Shown piece by piece: positions 50,578-58,009 of a stretch of 64,000 nt of DNA; positions within the stretch are counted from its first letter, which is position 1, and the number at the start of each line of letters is the position of its first letter. Where the stretch lies: the IMG/VR virus record IMGVR_UViG_3300028840_007457, one strand, 5' to 3'. The translations under genes and the position numbers were made by a program. Below the pieces are notes generated by a model that saw only the letters and a program-made list of their open reading frames with translations, was not told the origin of the DNA and searched no databases. This DNA is from an uncultured virus (IMG/VR IMGVR_UViG_3300028840_007457). Its lineage: Duplodnaviria > Heunggongvirae > Uroviricota > Caudoviricetes.

Positions 50578-51513
50578 ATTTACCAACCTTTTTAATTCTT
50601 TGTATTCTTTTTTAGAACCCAAAGCACCAGGATCACGTTTACGGGGACAGTAATAGTGTTCTATGGTAAACATGTCTTTTGCATCTTCTTCTACCTTTTT
50701 CCTCATTTTATCTCCAGCTTTATCTCCATCTGAAGCAACTACCAACCGTTTAATTCCCAAATTAATGAGGTGAATTATGTTGCTAACGTGCCAGCTGGTA
50801 GAACCAAGAGTACTCAAAGCAGGTATATCTTTATCTATGAGGCGAAGAGCATCATAAGGACCCTCAACAATAGCAACAGAAGTAGTACGCATTTGTTCTA
50901 CAATAAACCAAGGATAAAGGATATCTAATTTAGGTAAATTAGGCATATCTCGGTATTTCATATCTTTGCTTTTATCTAATCTTCGTGCAGTCCAACCTAT
51001 TAATTCTCCGTACATCCAAATTGGAAGCAGAACACGATCACAACGTTTTTTATCATCGTAGTAGTGGTAAGCTGTAGCAGCGTTCATAGTGTAGGCGCTG
51101 ACTTTTCTCCAACGTGTGGTCCACGGTTCTACATCCCAAGGAATGGAAGCTACAGCTTGAATTTTATTTCTTTTTTCTTTTAGTTGTTCTTTAAGTAGGT
51201 GAAAAGGGTCTGGCATCTCCTCTTCTGAAAGAGTGTCAGCATTTAATAACTTGGCAAGATCGTTCCAGGCGTGGCCTTTTTTTCCACACCCGAAACAATT
51301 AAATTTTCCATCTATTTTTTGTATACTTAGACTGGCGGTTTTTACGTCGTGGCCTCCATTAAATGGGCAAAATACCTGAAAATGTGTAGGGGTCTCACGG
51401 AAAATTTGCACACCTTTTCTCATGAGCTGCTGCGCAATGAAAATGCCTAGATTTTTAGGAGCTTTCTGCATTGTAGGAGTGTTTAACAAAAAGGTTTTAA
51501 AAACTGTTGACAA
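50569..51513 (-). CDS. DNA primase (Zn finger + TOPRIM)
   Basis: CPF..H..KTASL...FNCFGC; WTARR; IVEGPYDAL; DGDKAG; DPG. Confidence 0.9.
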   Translation of the reverse strand: MSTVFKTFLLNTPTMQKAPKNLGIFIAQQLMRKGVQIFRETPTHFQVFCPFNGGHDVKTASLSIQKIDGKFNCFGCGKKGHAWNDLAKLLNADTLSEEEMPDPFHLLKEQLKEKRNKIQAVASIPWDVEPWTTRWRKVSAYTMNAATAYHYYDDKKRCDRVLLPIWMYGELIGWTARRLDKSKDMKYRDMPNLPKLDILYPWFIVEQMRTTSVAIVEGPYDALRLIDKDIPALSTLGSTSWHVSNIIHLINLGIKRLVVASDGDKAGDKMRKKVEEDAKDMFTIEHYYCPRKRDPGALGSKKEYKELKRLVNLS

Positions 51514-51536
51514 CCATCACTATTATGTCATAATAT
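51507..51536 (+). promoter_or_regulatory. sigma70-type early promoter
   Basis: TTGACA then TGtCATAAT (16 nt) or TAATAT (18 nt), then AGGAG and ATG 51558. Confidence 0.65.
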
Positions 51537-51557
51537 TAAGTAGGAGATAAAAACCTC

Positions 51558-51920
51558 ATGAGTCGAAACGCAGCAGATACAGGAAACTGGATTAGAAAAG
51601 ATAAGCGTTTGGCCATTTACCTTCGGGATGGTGAAGCCTGTATCTGGTGTGGACATACCCTCGAAGACGGAGCTGAGCTTACCCTAGACCACCTTATTCC
51701 TTGTGAATTGGGTGGTGACAACAGCGAGAAAAATCTTGTAACCGCTTGTCGTTCCTGCAACTGCTCAAGAAGAGATCTCACTGTTCGTCAGTGGCTTGTA
51801 GTACTGAAGGATAAGGGTATTGACATTACAGGACTTTCTGTTAAAGTTCGTAAGCATGTGAGCCGGAAACTCACTTCGTATCGTAAGCTGGCGAAAAAAA
51901 TCATTGCTGCTCGGAGGTAA
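51558..51920 (+). CDS. HNH endonuclease
   Basis: RDGEACIWC...LTLDHLIP..LGG.N...NLVTACRSCN. Confidence 0.9.
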   Translation: MSRNAADTGNWIRKDKRLAIYLRDGEACIWCGHTLEDGAELTLDHLIPCELGGDNSEKNLVTACRSCNCSRRDLTVRQWLVVLKDKGIDITGLSVKVRKHVSRKLTSYRKLAKKIIAARR

Positions 51921-51925
51921 AAATT

Positions 51926-52114
51926 ATGAAGTTCTATCGGCAAAATTACAATGAATTCAAGAGTTGGGTTCGTTGGCACGATTACGTATCCATTCTCATT
52001 AACGAATTTCCTCTTCTTCTGGCTCGTCGCTACGATTGGATGGGAGATGAGAAGAGCACATTTTCCTTCTACGTGGCAGGTTTCAAGATTTACCAGAAAA
52101 TTTGGAGTTGGTGA
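51926..52114 (+). CDS. Small hypothetical protein
   Basis: GGAGGT RBS. Confidence 0.55.
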   Translation: MKFYRQNYNEFKSWVRWHDYVSILINEFPLLLARRYDWMGDEKSTFSFYVAGFKIYQKIWSW

Positions 52115-52383
52115 AAAAGTCCTCGCTGCCAGGAGATGATATTATGGAAAAAGATAAACGTTACGTCGTAATGGGTGGTGTTATGGAGTATATGGCACAC
52201 CTTCATTGTATAGCAGAATCGGAGGAGGAAGCGTTGGTCAAGTGGGACGCAGCCTTCCCGACTTGTGCGCGTGCAGTGTTTCTCCCGGAAGCGGTGAGCT
52301 TGGAGGAGCGTTCCGACATGGCAAAGCACTGGACCCATGATGGTTACCGGTACTACTCTGGTGGGTATCGGTACACGTACTAA
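52102..52383 (+). CDS. Small hypothetical protein
   Basis: Probable start MEKDKR after AGGAG. Confidence 0.55.
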   Translation: MELVKKSSLPGDDIMEKDKRYVVMGGVMEYMAHLHCIAESEEEALVKWDAAFPTCARAVFLPEAVSLEERSDMAKHWTHDGYRYYSGGYRYTY

Positions 52384-52392
52384 AGGAGTGTC

Positions 52393-52587
52393 ATGAGCAG
52401 ACCCGACGAAAGTATTTGTCCCCGCTGTGCGCAGTACATGGAAGCGCAACGGATAGGCAAGAACAAGGACGGCAAGCCCATCTTTATCTACATGTGCCAT
52501 ACGTGCAATTCCCGCCAGTCTGGTGCGCTCGAACATTACTGCATGTGCATGGGGATAGAGATGCCGAAGCGCAGGCGAGGTTGGTAA
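52393..52587 (+). CDS. Small Cys-rich protein
   Basis: AAGGAG RBS; CPRC...CHTC. Confidence 0.6.
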   Translation: MSRPDESICPRCAQYMEAQRIGKNKDGKPIFIYMCHTCNSRQSGALEHYCMCMGIEMPKRRRGW

Positions 52588-52684
52588 TGTTTTGTAAAAA
52601 CTTAACACAATTTTTCCGTGTAAAAATGGAGAGTTTGTAATTCTTCACAAGTGCGCTACCATCGTATACAAAAAGGAGTAACCC

Positions 52685-52951
52685 GTGTCAACCATTTATT
52701 GCAAGAAATGCGGAAACGCTCAACAAAGTGACGGTTTGGACCAGAATCACATCTACTGTCCCTGCCACACCAGTGACGAAAACGACGCTGGAACGGGGCT
52801 AATTTGTCTCAACCTTCGTGAGGGACCAGAGTGGCGCGGCATTTGCCCCGACTGTGACGCCGTGGTGGTGGAAAACAAAGAAAGTCGTAGAGTTCTCTAC
52901 GCGCGACCAAAAAAGAATGGTGAGCTGGACTTTTTCCGAGCTGTGGGGTAA
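52685..52951 (+). CDS. Small zinc-finger protein
   Basis: AAGGAG RBS; CKKC...CPC...CPDC. Confidence 0.6.
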   Translation: MSTIYCKKCGNAQQSDGLDQNHIYCPCHTSDENDAGTGLICLNLREGPEWRGICPDCDAVVVENKESRRVLYARPKKNGELDFFRAVG

Positions 52952-52959
52952 AAATAGTA

Positions 52960-53172
52960 ATGCCCAAACATCATTCCAATAATTCAGTTCTTTCACTTCC
53001 AGCAGATCTGCCGGAATATGTGAAACAAGAATTAAACGATGCCTTTGAAAAATGGAAAGCTAGTAAGACTATATCGAAAAATAATAGTTCTCTAGATGTT
53101 AATAGAATCGTTGATGCTTACGTAAAATTCTCTAAATTGATGCATAAGTATGTAGATGCTTCTTGGAGCTGA
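52960..53172 (+). CDS. Small hypothetical protein
   Basis: Tight packing in + strand operon. Confidence 0.5.
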   Translation: MPKHHSNNSVLSLPADLPEYVKQELNDAFEKWKASKTISKNNSSLDVNRIVDAYVKFSKLMHKYVDASWS

Positions 53173-53175
53173 AAA

Positions 53176-53433
53176 ATGTCAAAAAGAATTTGTTCCCACG
53201 GTGAAGACAGTAAAAACTGTACCGTTTGTTGTCCAACTTGTCTTGGAACCGGGTGGATTCTTTGCGTTTGCAAAGCAGGGGACGGTACAGATTCTATAGA
53301 ATCAGAAGATTGTCACGAATGTGACGGGTGTGGTAATTTAGAGTGTGGAGATTGTGGAGGCACCGGTTACGGTCCTCACAGAACCACCATTTTTCAAAAT
53401 TTTGGAGATGGTGTGTGGGTAGGTAGAGAGTAA
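53176..53433 (+). CDS. DnaJ-type CxxCxGxG zinc-finger protein
   Basis: CPTCLGTG, CHECDGCG, CGDCGGTG. Confidence 0.7.
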   Translation: MSKRICSHGEDSKNCTVCCPTCLGTGWILCVCKAGDGTDSIESEDCHECDGCGNLECGDCGGTGYGPHRTTIFQNFGDGVWVGRE

Positions 53434-53460
53434 TTTACCAAATACTTTTAAAATCTCCCT

Positions 53461-53488
53461 TTGACAAAAGTTACTTTTCTGTTATAAA
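53461..53488 (+). promoter_or_regulatory. sigma70-type early promoter
   Basis: TTGACA-16 nt-TATAAA with extended TG; AAGGAG RBS before 53513. Confidence 0.6.
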
Positions 53489-53512
53489 TCCTAATAGGAA
53501 GGAGTTAAAATC

Positions 53513-53770
53513 ATGTCAGCAACTTGGGTAAAAGAATTTGGGGATGACTTCTGGTGGGCAGACGTAATTACTCACTCTTGTGCTGTTACTTTTGCAGCTC
53601 GTATCAGAGAATACGATAGAATGTGTCGGGTTTACGGAGCCCAGGCTTTGGAAGCCAAGAAAGCTGGAAATTATCGACAGTACCTTTTTTGTCAGTACAA
53701 ATCTGACGCTTACGAATGTGCTTTGCGAAATGAACGAGAAGCCAGAAATGTTGGCTTTGGGATGAGGTGA
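53513..53770 (+). CDS. Small hypothetical protein
   Basis: Strong RBS after promoter. Confidence 0.6.
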   Translation: MSATWVKEFGDDFWWADVITHSCAVTFAARIREYDRMCRVYGAQALEAKKAGNYRQYLFCQYKSDAYECALRNEREARNVGFGMR

Positions 53771-53774
53771 AATC

Positions 53775-54038
53775 ATGGAAAAAGCAGCTAGATCTTGTCA
53801 TTGGGGACATTGGTGGATCGAATTTTGGAGAGGGGACATTCATGCTCTTCCAACTCTCAGTGACCCCCAGCCGAGAAAAGATTCCCAACTGGTTGCGAGA
53901 CTGCACTTTGGTGTCGGGCCTTGCGGACCTGTAGATGGTACGCTTGGGTCACCTACTCGTTCGAATTATCGCGAGTATTGCCATAACTGGACACTTAGTG
54001 GAGAGCTTCCTCAGGTATCTAATTTGGAAGTTATTTAA
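53775..54038 (+). CDS. Small hypothetical protein
   Basis: GAGGTG RBS. Confidence 0.55.
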   Translation: MEKAARSCHWGHWWIEFWRGDIHALPTLSDPQPRKDSQLVARLHFGVGPCGPVDGTLGSPTRSNYREYCHNWTLSGELPQVSNLEVI

Positions 54039-54043
54039 AAACG

Positions 54044-54232
54044 ATGTCAACCAAAACCGAGAAAAAAGAAAAAGTTGAGAAACCTTCTGGTCCTGGTTGG
54101 TGTAAAGTTTCTGGAAATCACTGGGAAAGAACTGTAGAAAAACCAGATTCTTCTTGTGGCTACTGTGGCTGCACCACGTTTGTGGAGTCAACCTACAGCT
54201 GGCCTTACTGCGCAGATTGTAAAGGCACTTGA
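54044..54232 (+). CDS. Small zinc-ribbon protein
   Basis: CGYC...CADC. Confidence 0.55.
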   Translation: MSTKTEKKEKVEKPSGPGWCKVSGNHWERTVEKPDSSCGYCGCTTFVESTYSWPYCADCKGT

Positions 54233-54233
54233 A

Positions 54234-54416
54234 ATGTCTTACATGGTTCTTTGTCGGGAAGATCGTAAACTGGATGGTACACCAGGCAGATTTGTTGTAG
54301 CAACCCAAAAACAATTTTCCTTACTAGAGGAAGCACAACACTACGTCGCTACCATCTCTTCTTCCAGAGAACCAAAGGTGGTGAAAATAACTTCTGAAAA
54401 GGAGCTAAAATCATGA
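54234..54416 (+). CDS. Small hypothetical protein
   Basis: ATG 1 nt after previous stop (MSYMVLCREDRK); ATGA overlap with next gene. Confidence 0.55.
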   Translation: MSYMVLCREDRKLDGTPGRFVVATQKQFSLLEEAQHYVATISSSREPKVVKITSEKELKS

Positions 54417-54823
54417 GCTACGAAGGCTACGAAATGTACTTGTGTGCCAACGGGCACCTGACCAGGGAAGATGCACTTGCTGGTTGTTACTTTGGAGAAG
54501 AGCCTACCATTTGCACAGTCTGCAAAGAACCCATGGTTTGGCGTTGCTGTGTGGACCAAACCAATGACGGTGGAGTGGCTCCTGTGTTGGTAGAGCACGA
54601 AGCAGAAAAGACCAAAACTTGTGAGTGTTGCGGTCACACACGAGTAACAGAAGAAGCCACTTTTTGCATTCCCTCCAACGCTGGACATCGGTTGAGGGAT
54701 GACCACGCTGACGAAATTCCAGCTGAAGTCCCCCTCGTGGAAGTCCAATTCAAAGACGTGGACAGTGGCGAGCTGTTTCCCACCGCTGACGAGGCGTGGA
54801 GAAACAAAGGCTACCACCGCTAG
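54413..54823 (+). CDS. Cys-rich hypothetical protein
   Basis: AAGGAG RBS; MSYEGY..LCANGH...CTVC...VDQTND...CECCGH. Confidence 0.65.
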   Translation: MSYEGYEMYLCANGHLTREDALAGCYFGEEPTICTVCKEPMVWRCCVDQTNDGGVAPVLVEHEAEKTKTCECCGHTRVTEEATFCIPSNAGHRLRDDHADEIPAEVPLVEVQFKDVDSGELFPTADEAWRNKGYHR

Positions 54824-54839
54824 CAGCTCCTCTTTTTTC

Positions 54840-54868
54840 TTGACAAAATTGTAGCACCGTGCAATAGT
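54840..54868 (+). promoter_or_regulatory. Possible sigma70-type promoter upstream of the cas12 operon
   Basis: TTGACA-17 nt-AATAGT with extended TG; flanked by inverted repeat AGCTCCTCT/AGAGGAGCT. Confidence 0.45.
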
Positions 54869-54900
54869 GAGGGAACTTTTCAGAGGAGCTATGCGTCTTT

Positions 54901-55291
54901 ATGTACTATAATGTCATTTATTTAGTAGTTGGGGAAACCGGTGAGCACGGTGATTTTCGTCATTGGATTGTAGCTGCTTTTACCGACAGAGAATCAGCTT
55001 ATTGTTGGCGCAGTTCTTGTCAAAAACATGCCGATGCTTTCTGCAAAAAAGATGGTCAGTATGATGAAGATTTTAGAGCTGAAAATGGTGATAAATTAGA
55101 GGAACGTGTAGAGGAACTAGCAATTAAACATCCTCTTAGGTGGTCTTAGATTGACAGCTATGTGGGAAATAAATCCATTTGACCCCCTTATGCGGGTAGA
55201 CTATACTGGAACTAATTATAAAATTGAAGAGGTTGTCTTTGATCCTTCCGATGAATCAAACACGTTTAATTTCTGTTTCAAACAAGTTTGA
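54901..55291 (+). pseudogene. Hypothetical phage gene apparently split by a +1 frameshift
   Basis: 54901..55149 (IYLVVGETGEHGDFRHWIVAAF) plus a +1-frame segment open from 55121 to 55291 (NPFDPLMRVDYTGTNYKIEEV). Confidence 0.4.
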
Positions 55292-55311
55292 GATTTTAGG
55301 AGTGACTTTCC

Positions 55312-57066
55312 ATGCGTGTTTACAAGTACGGCCTTCTTCGTCCTACCACCAATGCTGACCTGGTTCACGAGCAAATTAAAATAGGGCATAAGTATAGAAA
55401 TAAATTGATTGAGCTGGAGATCAAACGTAGGGATTTGATTCGAGCAGAGGTTGCAAAATCTTCTGTTGTGGAAGATGATTTTACCGATGCTAAACTCGCT
55501 GTTGAAAAGTTTAAGCATCTTGATAAGCTACTAAAACAAAAAAATGCACAACATAGAAGTAAAAGACACAATAATCCAGATCTAAAAAAAGACCACACCA
55601 AAGCCAGAAAAGAAAAAACAAAAGCCATTAAAAAACTAGAAGAGACTAGACGTAAAGTTCTTAAAAAGTGTAAAGAAACAATTAAAGTTTTTAATGATCA
55701 GTACATTGAAGAGGAGAAAAAAGTTAGAAGTGAATGTGCTCCTTTTTGGGGTACTTATCAAGTAATCGAAGATGCTATGAAAAGGTCTAGAAAATCTCTC
55801 CCTCTTTGGGATGGATTAGAATCAAATAATCCTAAATTCAGACGATTTAATGGCATTGGACGAGTGAGTATACAACTTCAAAAAGATGTCATTGATAAAA
55901 ATAATGGTATGAATGTTGATCTCGTTTTTGGTACAACAGATACCCGTCTTCAGGTGGCTCCTGTTCCAGAAGAAGCTTGGTACAGTCCTATTCGAAGTGT
56001 GAGGCGAAAAAAGTCTCGAACAGTTCTTAAAATGAGAATTGGGTCTGAGGGACGTGCCCCCATTTGGGCGGAGTGGCCTATGATCATGCACCGTCCTCTT
56101 CCTGACAACGGAAGAATTAAAAGGGTTACGGTCAACTTCCGTAAAATTGGACCACGGGAAGAATGGACAGCGGATTTCTTTATAAATGATAGTGCTACCC
56201 TTCATGAGCAATATGAAGTGTCAGGAGCTATTGGTTTGGACGTTGGGTGGCGTCTCATGGATGACGGTTCTCTTAGGGTAGCTTTCTGGGAGGATGATGA
56301 GGGAGAAAAAGGAGAGTTTCGCCTTTCTCCAACCCTCATGGGAGCATTTAAAAAAGCAGACGATCTACGGTCCATTAGAGACAAAAATAGGGATGAAATT
56401 AAAGAATTCTTGATTCAACATTTTAGTAAAAATCCCATGCCTAGTTGGATGTTGGATTTTGTAAAAGGAAAAGAAGACTCAAAACGACCTACCAATAAGC
56501 AAGCTTGTGTTTATCTTTCCAAGTGGAAATCAATTGCCAAACTAACGAAATTGGTTCAAACTTGGAAAGAAAAGGGTATTACTAAAAGACACCAAAAAGC
56601 TTATAACCGTTTTGAGGACTGGCGTTATCATGACTTTCATCTTTGGCAGTGGGAAACCAGTCAGAGGAAAAAAGCCGAACGTAGGCGGAAAGATAATTAT
56701 CGTGTACTTGCCTCAAAACTCTCTAAACAGTACCACACACTGGTGTTGGAAAATTTTGATTTGCGAAAGGTTGCCCGAAAGAAGGCAGCAGATGATGATT
56801 CTTTAGATATTAAAGCAGCTAATCACAATAGATTTGTAGCCAATATTAGTGAGCTTCGATTGGTACTTAGAAATGCTTTTGAAAAGTGTGGAGAGATTGA
56901 ACTTGTAAAGGCTGTAAATACTACCAAAATTTGTTTCTGGTGTGGATTTATTAATAATTTCGACCAGGCTAAAAATCTGATTCACCAGTGCTACAGTTGT
57001 GGTGTGGTGTGGGATCAAGATGATAACGCCTCAACAAATATTAGACGAAGACGAAAACAGGGATAA
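55312..57066 (+). CDS. cas12m: Compact type V CRISPR effector, Cas12m-like (V-M/V-U1), 584 aa
   Basis: AGGAG RBS; FWGTY...FRRFNGIGRVSIQLQ, MRIGS, MHRPLP, GLDVGWR (D310), LVLENFD (E480), CFWC/CYSC zinc finger, DQDDNA (D570); CRISPR array 171 nt downstream. Subtype from recalled resemblance to Cas12m sequences. Confidence 0.8.
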   Translation: MRVYKYGLLRPTTNADLVHEQIKIGHKYRNKLIELEIKRRDLIRAEVAKSSVVEDDFTDAKLAVEKFKHLDKLLKQKNAQHRSKRHNNPDLKKDHTKARKEKTKAIKKLEETRRKVLKKCKETIKVFNDQYIEEEKKVRSECAPFWGTYQVIEDAMKRSRKSLPLWDGLESNNPKFRRFNGIGRVSIQLQKDVIDKNNGMNVDLVFGTTDTRLQVAPVPEEAWYSPIRSVRRKKSRTVLKMRIGSEGRAPIWAEWPMIMHRPLPDNGRIKRVTVNFRKIGPREEWTADFFINDSATLHEQYEVSGAIGLDVGWRLMDDGSLRVAFWEDDEGEKGEFRLSPTLMGAFKKADDLRSIRDKNRDEIKEFLIQHFSKNPMPSWMLDFVKGKEDSKRPTNKQACVYLSKWKSIAKLTKLVQTWKEKGITKRHQKAYNRFEDWRYHDFHLWQWETSQRKKAERRRKDNYRVLASKLSKQYHTLVLENFDLRKVARKKAADDDSLDIKAANHNRFVANISELRLVLRNAFEKCGEIELVKAVNTTKICFWCGFINNFDQAKNLIHQCYSCGVVWDQDDNASTNIRRRRKQG

Positions 57067-57237
57067 GGGTCTGCGAGAGCTTCGGTGGTGAGAAAAATCT
57101 AGGAGGCTCTCGCACCCGTAAAAACAGATAGTTACGTTCTTTGACAAAAGAAAAGTAGGCCATTTTGAGCTTGGTAAAAGAGGCTCTCGCAAAGCTCCAG
57201 GTAAAAATGCTAAATGTTTGGTGTTTTTACTGGAGCG
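57067..57237 (+). promoter_or_regulatory. CRISPR leader with inverted and direct repeat motifs
   Basis: TGCGAGAGC 57072-57080; GAGGCTCTCGCA at 57103-57114 and 57180-57191; hairpin 57194-57236 abutting repeat 1. Confidence 0.6.
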
Positions 57238-57713
57238 GTAACAACACCAGTCCAAAGGTTTATGATTTGGAACGCATATAATTAATATTACCAGGCAAGC
57301 AAAAATACGAGTGTAACAACACCAGTCCAAAGGTTTATGATTTGGAACACTTGTCTGCCAAGCCATGCCTTCGTCGCCTTCGGGTAACAACACCAGTCCA
57401 AAGGTTTATGATTTGGAACTGAAAAAAAGGCAGGAGGCGATAGCAAAGTGCCTTGCCAAGTAACAACACCAGTCCAAAGGTTTATGATTTGGAACATCTG
57501 AAATCGTCTCATGCAACCGTTCCTTCGTGAGTAACAACACCAGTCCAAAGGTTTATGATTTGGAACGTGCCTTAGCAAACTGGCCGGAAGTATCGTGTCG
57601 TTTGTGTAACAACACCAGTCCAAAGGTTTATGATTTGGAACCTTATCTTCGACAAGCCATGAGGTCAACCTAATTTTGTAACAACACCAGTCCAAAGGTT
57701 TATGATTTAAAAT
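57238..57713 (+). CRISPR. CRISPR array, 7 repeats / 6 spacers
   Basis: 36-nt repeat GTAACAACACCAGTCCAAAGGTTTATGATTTGGAAC at 57238, 57313, 57384, 57460, 57531, 57606 (identical) and 57678 (3' degenerate); spacers 39, 35, 40, 35, 39, 36 nt; stem TCCAAA/TTTGGA then AC. Confidence 0.98.
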
Positions 57714-57740
57714 ATATAGTCAAAGGAAGACTAGTAATAC

Positions 57741-57975
57741 GTACCAACAGTAGCTCAACACTTTTGAAGTTGAGACTGCAGGACATGTGGCAACAATCCT
57801 GTATAATAACAATAGCTCAACATTTTTAGAGTTGAGACATAGCAGTTGATCAACTTTGTAAAACAGGACAAGAAACCGACACTACTGCAGCAACAGAATC
57901 AGCTCAGAGATTTGCCTTTTCTGAGACCGAAGAGGTTCCTTGCTCATAGTAGCTTAGTGCTTTAATAACTAAGAC
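57741..57975 (+). CRISPR. Non-canonical array of 4 divergent, structure-conserved repeat-like units
   Basis: Units 57741-57776, 57803-57838, 57890-57927, 57940-57975, each N11-AG-6 bp stem-9 to 11 nt loop-stem-AC like the canonical repeat. Confidence 0.75.
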
Positions 57976-58009
57976 AACCGCGCGTTGCAGCTTTTAAAAA
58001 GGTGAAAAA

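Noticed and set aside
55312..57066. IS200/IS605 TnpB transposon
   Set aside because: No TnpA or serine recombinase nearby, protein is longer than typical TnpB, and a true CRISPR array follows.
57141..57170. sigma70 promoter for the CRISPR array
   Set aside because: TTGACA is present but no credible -10 at 16-18 nt.
57420..57459. sigma54 promoter in the reverse complement of spacer 3
   Set aside because: GG to GC spacing is 11 nt rather than the required 10.
57031..57695. Minus-strand ORFs with repeated VPNHKPLDWCCY
   Set aside because: Translation artefacts of the CRISPR repeats.
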